Below, piece after piece: positions 60,503 through 64,000 of a DNA stretch of 64,000 nt. The stretch covers positions 18,823 to 82,822 of the forward strand of contig CAZFAS010000001.1 in assembly GCA_964516975.1 (NCBI GenBank). The letters are read 5' to 3'. The translations under genes and the position numbers were made by a program. The notes under the pieces are model-generated. The model was not told the origin of the DNA. It saw only the letters and a list, made by a program, of their open reading frames with translations, and did not search any database. Positions within the stretch are counted from its first letter, which is position 1; every line of letters starts with the position of its first letter. The stretch is from an uncultured Candidatus Saccharibacteria bacterium. GTDB taxonomy: Bacteria > Patescibacteriota > Minisyncoccia > Phycocordibacterales > Zambryskibacteraceae.

Positions 60503-61468
60503 ATGGAACCACAAAATACAAATAATCCTGTTAAACAGGAAATGGGCGCACCAAAGATGTCAGCACTCGATTTCTTCCTTCATTTAGGAGTTATTGTAGT
60601 GCTATATGTCATGGTTGGATTTTTACTTAATCTCGTTTTTACAGTTATTAATGTTGCGTATCCTCAGGTAGCTACAAATTATTACTATTATCAACCTTCT
60701 ATAAGTTTCCCTGTTGCAGCACTTATTGTGTTATTTCCTTTATTTGTTTTGCTTTCTTGGCTTGTGTACAGGAGTTATGACGTAGATATAGCAAAAAAGC
60801 ATTTAAGTGTAAGAAAATGGCTTACGTATTTAACACTATTCCTTACTGGTGGTGTTATTGCAGGAGATTTAATCACAGTTATTTATTACTATCTTGATGG
60901 TCAAGAGTTGAGTGTGTCATTTATGCTCAAAGCACTCACACTCCTACTAGTGTCGTTAGTTATATTCAGCTATTATCTTCGAGATTTGCAGAGTAAAATT
61001 AGTTCAGCTCAAAGGAAAATCTGGACGATTATTGCTGCTGTTATGATATTACTTTCGATTATTGCTGGTTTTTGGGTTATAGGTTCACCTCGGAATCAGC
61101 GACTTATGCGATATGATGCACAAAAAGTTTCTGATCTTCAGAATATTCAGAGTCAGATTTTGTCATACTGGCAGATGAAAGGAATTCTTCCAGTTACTCT
61201 TGATGCATTGAGAGATTCGACAACGTATTTTTCTATTCCACTCGATAGTCAAACTGGAAAACAATACGAATATAGTACTGATGGAAAACAATCGTTTAGA
61301 ATGTGCGCTACGTTTAATCTAAAATCTGCTAATGAAAATACTTCCCCAAGAGTAAGTAATGCGATGTACTATGTTGGTATGGAGAATGAAAATTGGAAAC
61401 ATGATGCAGGGTATACTTGTTTTTCAAGAACAGTCGACCCAGAACGGTATCCCGTCATAAAAAGATAA
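60503..61468 (+). CDS. DUF5671-like membrane protein
   Basis: DFFLHLG, RKWLTYLTLF, GDLI, GSP...D..KVSDLQ.I, YEY...F.MCATF. Confidence 0.75.
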   Translation: MEPQNTNNPVKQEMGAPKMSALDFFLHLGVIVVLYVMVGFLLNLVFTVINVAYPQVATNYYYYQPSISFPVAALIVLFPLFVLLSWLVYRSYDVDIAKKHLSVRKWLTYLTLFLTGGVIAGDLITVIYYYLDGQELSVSFMLKALTLLLVSLVIFSYYLRDLQSKISSAQRKIWTIIAAVMILLSIIAGFWVIGSPRNQRLMRYDAQKVSDLQNIQSQILSYWQMKGILPVTLDALRDSTTYFSIPLDSQTGKQYEYSTDGKQSFRMCATFNLKSANENTSPRVSNAMYYVGMENENWKHDAGYTCFSRTVDPERYPVIKR

Positions 61469-61525
61469 GGATGAAAAAAGCGACTTTGTCAGAGTCGCTT
61501 TTTTCTTGTAGTATGAGGAAAATCT

Positions 61526-63841
61526 ATGAAATCATACGACCATTCAGATATTGAGAAAAAGTGGCAGAAAAAGTGGGATGATGAAAGGCTGTACGAAGCA
61601 AAAAATTCTCCTGACAAAGAAAAATACTACGTGCTTATGGAATTTCCATATCCATCTGGTGAAGGACTTCATACTGGTCATGTACGTGGATATACCGCGA
61701 TGGATATAGTCGCTCGTAAGAGGCGCATGGAGGGGAAAAACGTACTATTTCCCGTTGGTTGGGATGCATTTGGTCTACCTACAGAAAATTATGCTATCAA
61801 AACAGGACTACAACCGACCGTTATTACGAAGAAGAACACTGATAATTATCGAAATCAATTCAAATCTCTCGGTATGTCATTTGACTGGTCTCGCGAGATA
61901 AATACAACAGATCCAAAGTACTACAAATGGACGCAGTGGCTTTTCCTTCAATTCTTAAAACATGATTTGGCATATAAGTCGAAAATGCCTATCAATTGGT
62001 GCCCGAAAGATAAAATTGGTCTTGCCAACGAAGAAGTGGTAGATGGGAAATGTGAACGCTGTGGTACATCTGTAGAAAAAAGAGAGAAGGAGCAATGGAT
62101 GCTCGCTATTACAAAGTACGCGGATCGACTCGATAGTGATCTCGATACAGTGAATTATCTCGAGAGAATCAAGACTCAACAGCGAAATTGGATCGGAAAG
62201 AGTGAAGGAGCTGAAATAAGTTTTAAGTTGCAAGTTTCAAGCTCCGAAGATAAATACATAAAAGTTTACACAACACGTCCTGATACGATTTTTGGCGCAA
62301 CGTATCTTGTTGTGTCTCCAGAGCATGAAATTCTTAAAAATAATGAATTAGGGATTATAAATTACGATGAAGTTATGGCATACGTCGCTGACGTAAAAAA
62401 TAAAACAGATATTGAGAGAACTTCGGAAGTTAAAGAGAAAACCGGTGTTGAATTGAAAGGAATAAAAGCTATCAATCCTGCTACAAATGAAGAAATCCCA
62501 GTGTGGGTAGCAGATTATGTGCTTGTACATTACGGAACGGGTGCAATCATGGCTGTTCCGGCAGATGATGAAAGAGACAGCGCGTTTGCAGAAAAATTTG
62601 GTCTTCCCATTATCCGTGAATACAAAAAGGCAGGTTTCAATGATTTTGGAACAAAATCAGTCCGATTTAAACTTCGTGATTGGGTATTTTCAAGACAAAG
62701 ATATTGGGGGGAACCTATTCCAGTTATACATTGTGAAAAATGCGGGATTGTACCTGTTCCCGAGAAGGATCTCCCTGTCGTACTTCCAGAAGTTGAGAAT
62801 TACCAACCAACTGATAATGGAGAATCGCCACTTGCTACGATTGAAAGCTGGGTAAATGTAACTTGTCCTCAGTGTGGTGGCATGGCAAAGCGGGAGACTG
62901 ATACGATGCCAAATTGGGCTGGCTCATCATGGTATTTTTTGCGATATACCGACCCTCATAATGATGACTATTTTGCAGGGTCAGATGCATTAAAATATTG
63001 GACTCCTGTTGATTGGTATAACGGTGGAATGGAACACACAACACTCCACCTTTTGTATTCAAGGTTCTGGCATAAGTTTCTCTTTGATTTGAAGCTTGTT
63101 CCTACAAATGAGCCTTACATGAAGCGAACTTCGCATGGCTTTATTCTCGGTGAATCAGGAGAAAAAATGTCTAAATCAAGGGGGAATGTCATTAATCCTG
63201 ACGATGTTGTGAAAAACTTTGGGGCAGATACGCTCCGGTTGTACGAAATGTTCTTAGGCCCATTTGATCAATCTGCATCGTGGTCTACTGATGGTATTGT
63301 CGGGCCAAGGAGGTTTATTGAGAGGGTGTGGAGATTGAGAGAAAAAATCAACGAGAATGTTGAACAATTTGTAACTGATAAAATTGAAGAATCATTACAC
63401 AAAACTCTCAATAAAATAAATATTGATATTGAAAGGTTTGGTTTTAATACCGCAGTGGCATCATTGATGGTTTGTTTAAATGAGATTGAACGGTTTGAGA
63501 TTATTAGAAAAAATGATTTTGAATTCTTCTTGAAGCTTCTTGCTCCTTTCGTTCCTCATGTTGTGGAAGAACTTTGGGAATCTCTCGGAAATCAAGGAAG
63601 TATCCATAGTACTGCGTGGCCTACTTACGATGAAAGTATGGTTAATCAAAGTGGAGTGACCATCGCAGTCCAAATAAATGGGAAAGTAAGGGCTACCATT
63701 GACGTGTCTGCCGAAATAGGTCAAGAAGAGCTTGAAAAAATTGTACTGGACTTGGACGAAGTGAAGAAGTGGGTTGGGGATAACACAATTTCTCGTATTG
63801 TCTATGTAAAAAATCGCTTGATAAATATCGTTTTGGCTTAA
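61526..63841 (+). CDS. leuS: Leucine--tRNA ligase
   Basis: FPYPSGEGLHTGH, TTRPDT editing site, RDWVFSRQRYWG, KMSKS, QINGKVR. Confidence 0.98.
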   Translation: MKSYDHSDIEKKWQKKWDDERLYEAKNSPDKEKYYVLMEFPYPSGEGLHTGHVRGYTAMDIVARKRRMEGKNVLFPVGWDAFGLPTENYAIKTGLQPTVITKKNTDNYRNQFKSLGMSFDWSREINTTDPKYYKWTQWLFLQFLKHDLAYKSKMPINWCPKDKIGLANEEVVDGKCERCGTSVEKREKEQWMLAITKYADRLDSDLDTVNYLERIKTQQRNWIGKSEGAEISFKLQVSSSEDKYIKVYTTRPDTIFGATYLVVSPEHEILKNNELGIINYDEVMAYVADVKNKTDIERTSEVKEKTGVELKGIKAINPATNEEIPVWVADYVLVHYGTGAIMAVPADDERDSAFAEKFGLPIIREYKKAGFNDFGTKSVRFKLRDWVFSRQRYWGEPIPVIHCEKCGIVPVPEKDLPVVLPEVENYQPTDNGESPLATIESWVNVTCPQCGGMAKRETDTMPNWAGSSWYFLRYTDPHNDDYFAGSDALKYWTPVDWYNGGMEHTTLHLLYSRFWHKFLFDLKLVPTNEPYMKRTSHGFILGESGEKMSKSRGNVINPDDVVKNFGADTLRLYEMFLGPFDQSASWSTDGIVGPRRFIERVWRLREKINENVEQFVTDKIEESLHKTLNKINIDIERFGFNTAVASLMVCLNEIERFEIIRKNDFEFFLKLLAPFVPHVVEELWESLGNQGSIHSTAWPTYDESMVNQSGVTIAVQINGKVRATIDVSAEIGQEELEKIVLDLDEVKKWVGDNTISRIVYVKNRLINIVLA

Positions 63842-63935
63842 TCTTGACAGCTACTTGACTCATTTTCCATAAAATGATACAACAAACAGTACGTATTTCG
63901 GATAAAACACATTATTTATAGTAAAATAGCAAATC

Positions 63936-64000
63936 ATGAGTGATTCAAAGACCATAAAATTCAAGCCAAAACAAGTCACAAAACGACTTCTTTCGGTGTT
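63936..64000 (+). CDS. Start of a CDS truncated by the window edge (possibly a sigma-region-4-like HTH protein)
   Basis: MSDSKTIKFKPKQVTKRLLSV, open to the window end; family call is from memory only. Confidence 0.4.
   Translation, partial: MSDSKTIKFKPKQVTKRLLSV

Noticed and set aside
1-64000. Alternative genetic code (TGA=Gly, as in Gracilibacteria/SR1)
   Set aside because: Conserved genes translate fully under code 11, and TGA ends ychF and terD at the expected positions

Overview
AT-rich bacterial chromosome segment, genetic code 11. Gene content suggests Patescibacteria/CPR, most likely Parcubacteria (inference): compact housekeeping genes, a type IV-like pilin, a stand-alone SWIB protein, a DUF5671-like protein and cohesin proteins. 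The backbone is serS, ftsQ-like, a membrane-anchored Clp-type ATPase, dus, tgt, uvrB/uvrA/uvrC, ddl, tRNA-Ala, pgi, a ROK kinase, ychF and leuS. Self-contained orphan units (promoter, ORF, terminator) sit between these genes. There is also a Ter stress-response cluster (10.5-18 kb) and a 16.6 kb gene for a giant Gly-rich/GLUG/FN3 surface protein ending in a dockerin, followed by two membrane-anchored cohesin genes. The strongest unexplained signals are non-coding: (i) a ~550 nt hairpin-dense region between uvrC and ddl with its own promoter and terminator; (ii) a tandem array downstream of tRNA-Ala with constant scaffold and loops but fully exchanged, still-pairing stems; (iii) a leader-peptide attenuator upstream of an orphan receiver/Zn-finger gene. 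Predicted promoters recurrently have a 16-bp spacer, and many core genes look leaderless. All calls were made by eye; no database searches or folding programs were run.
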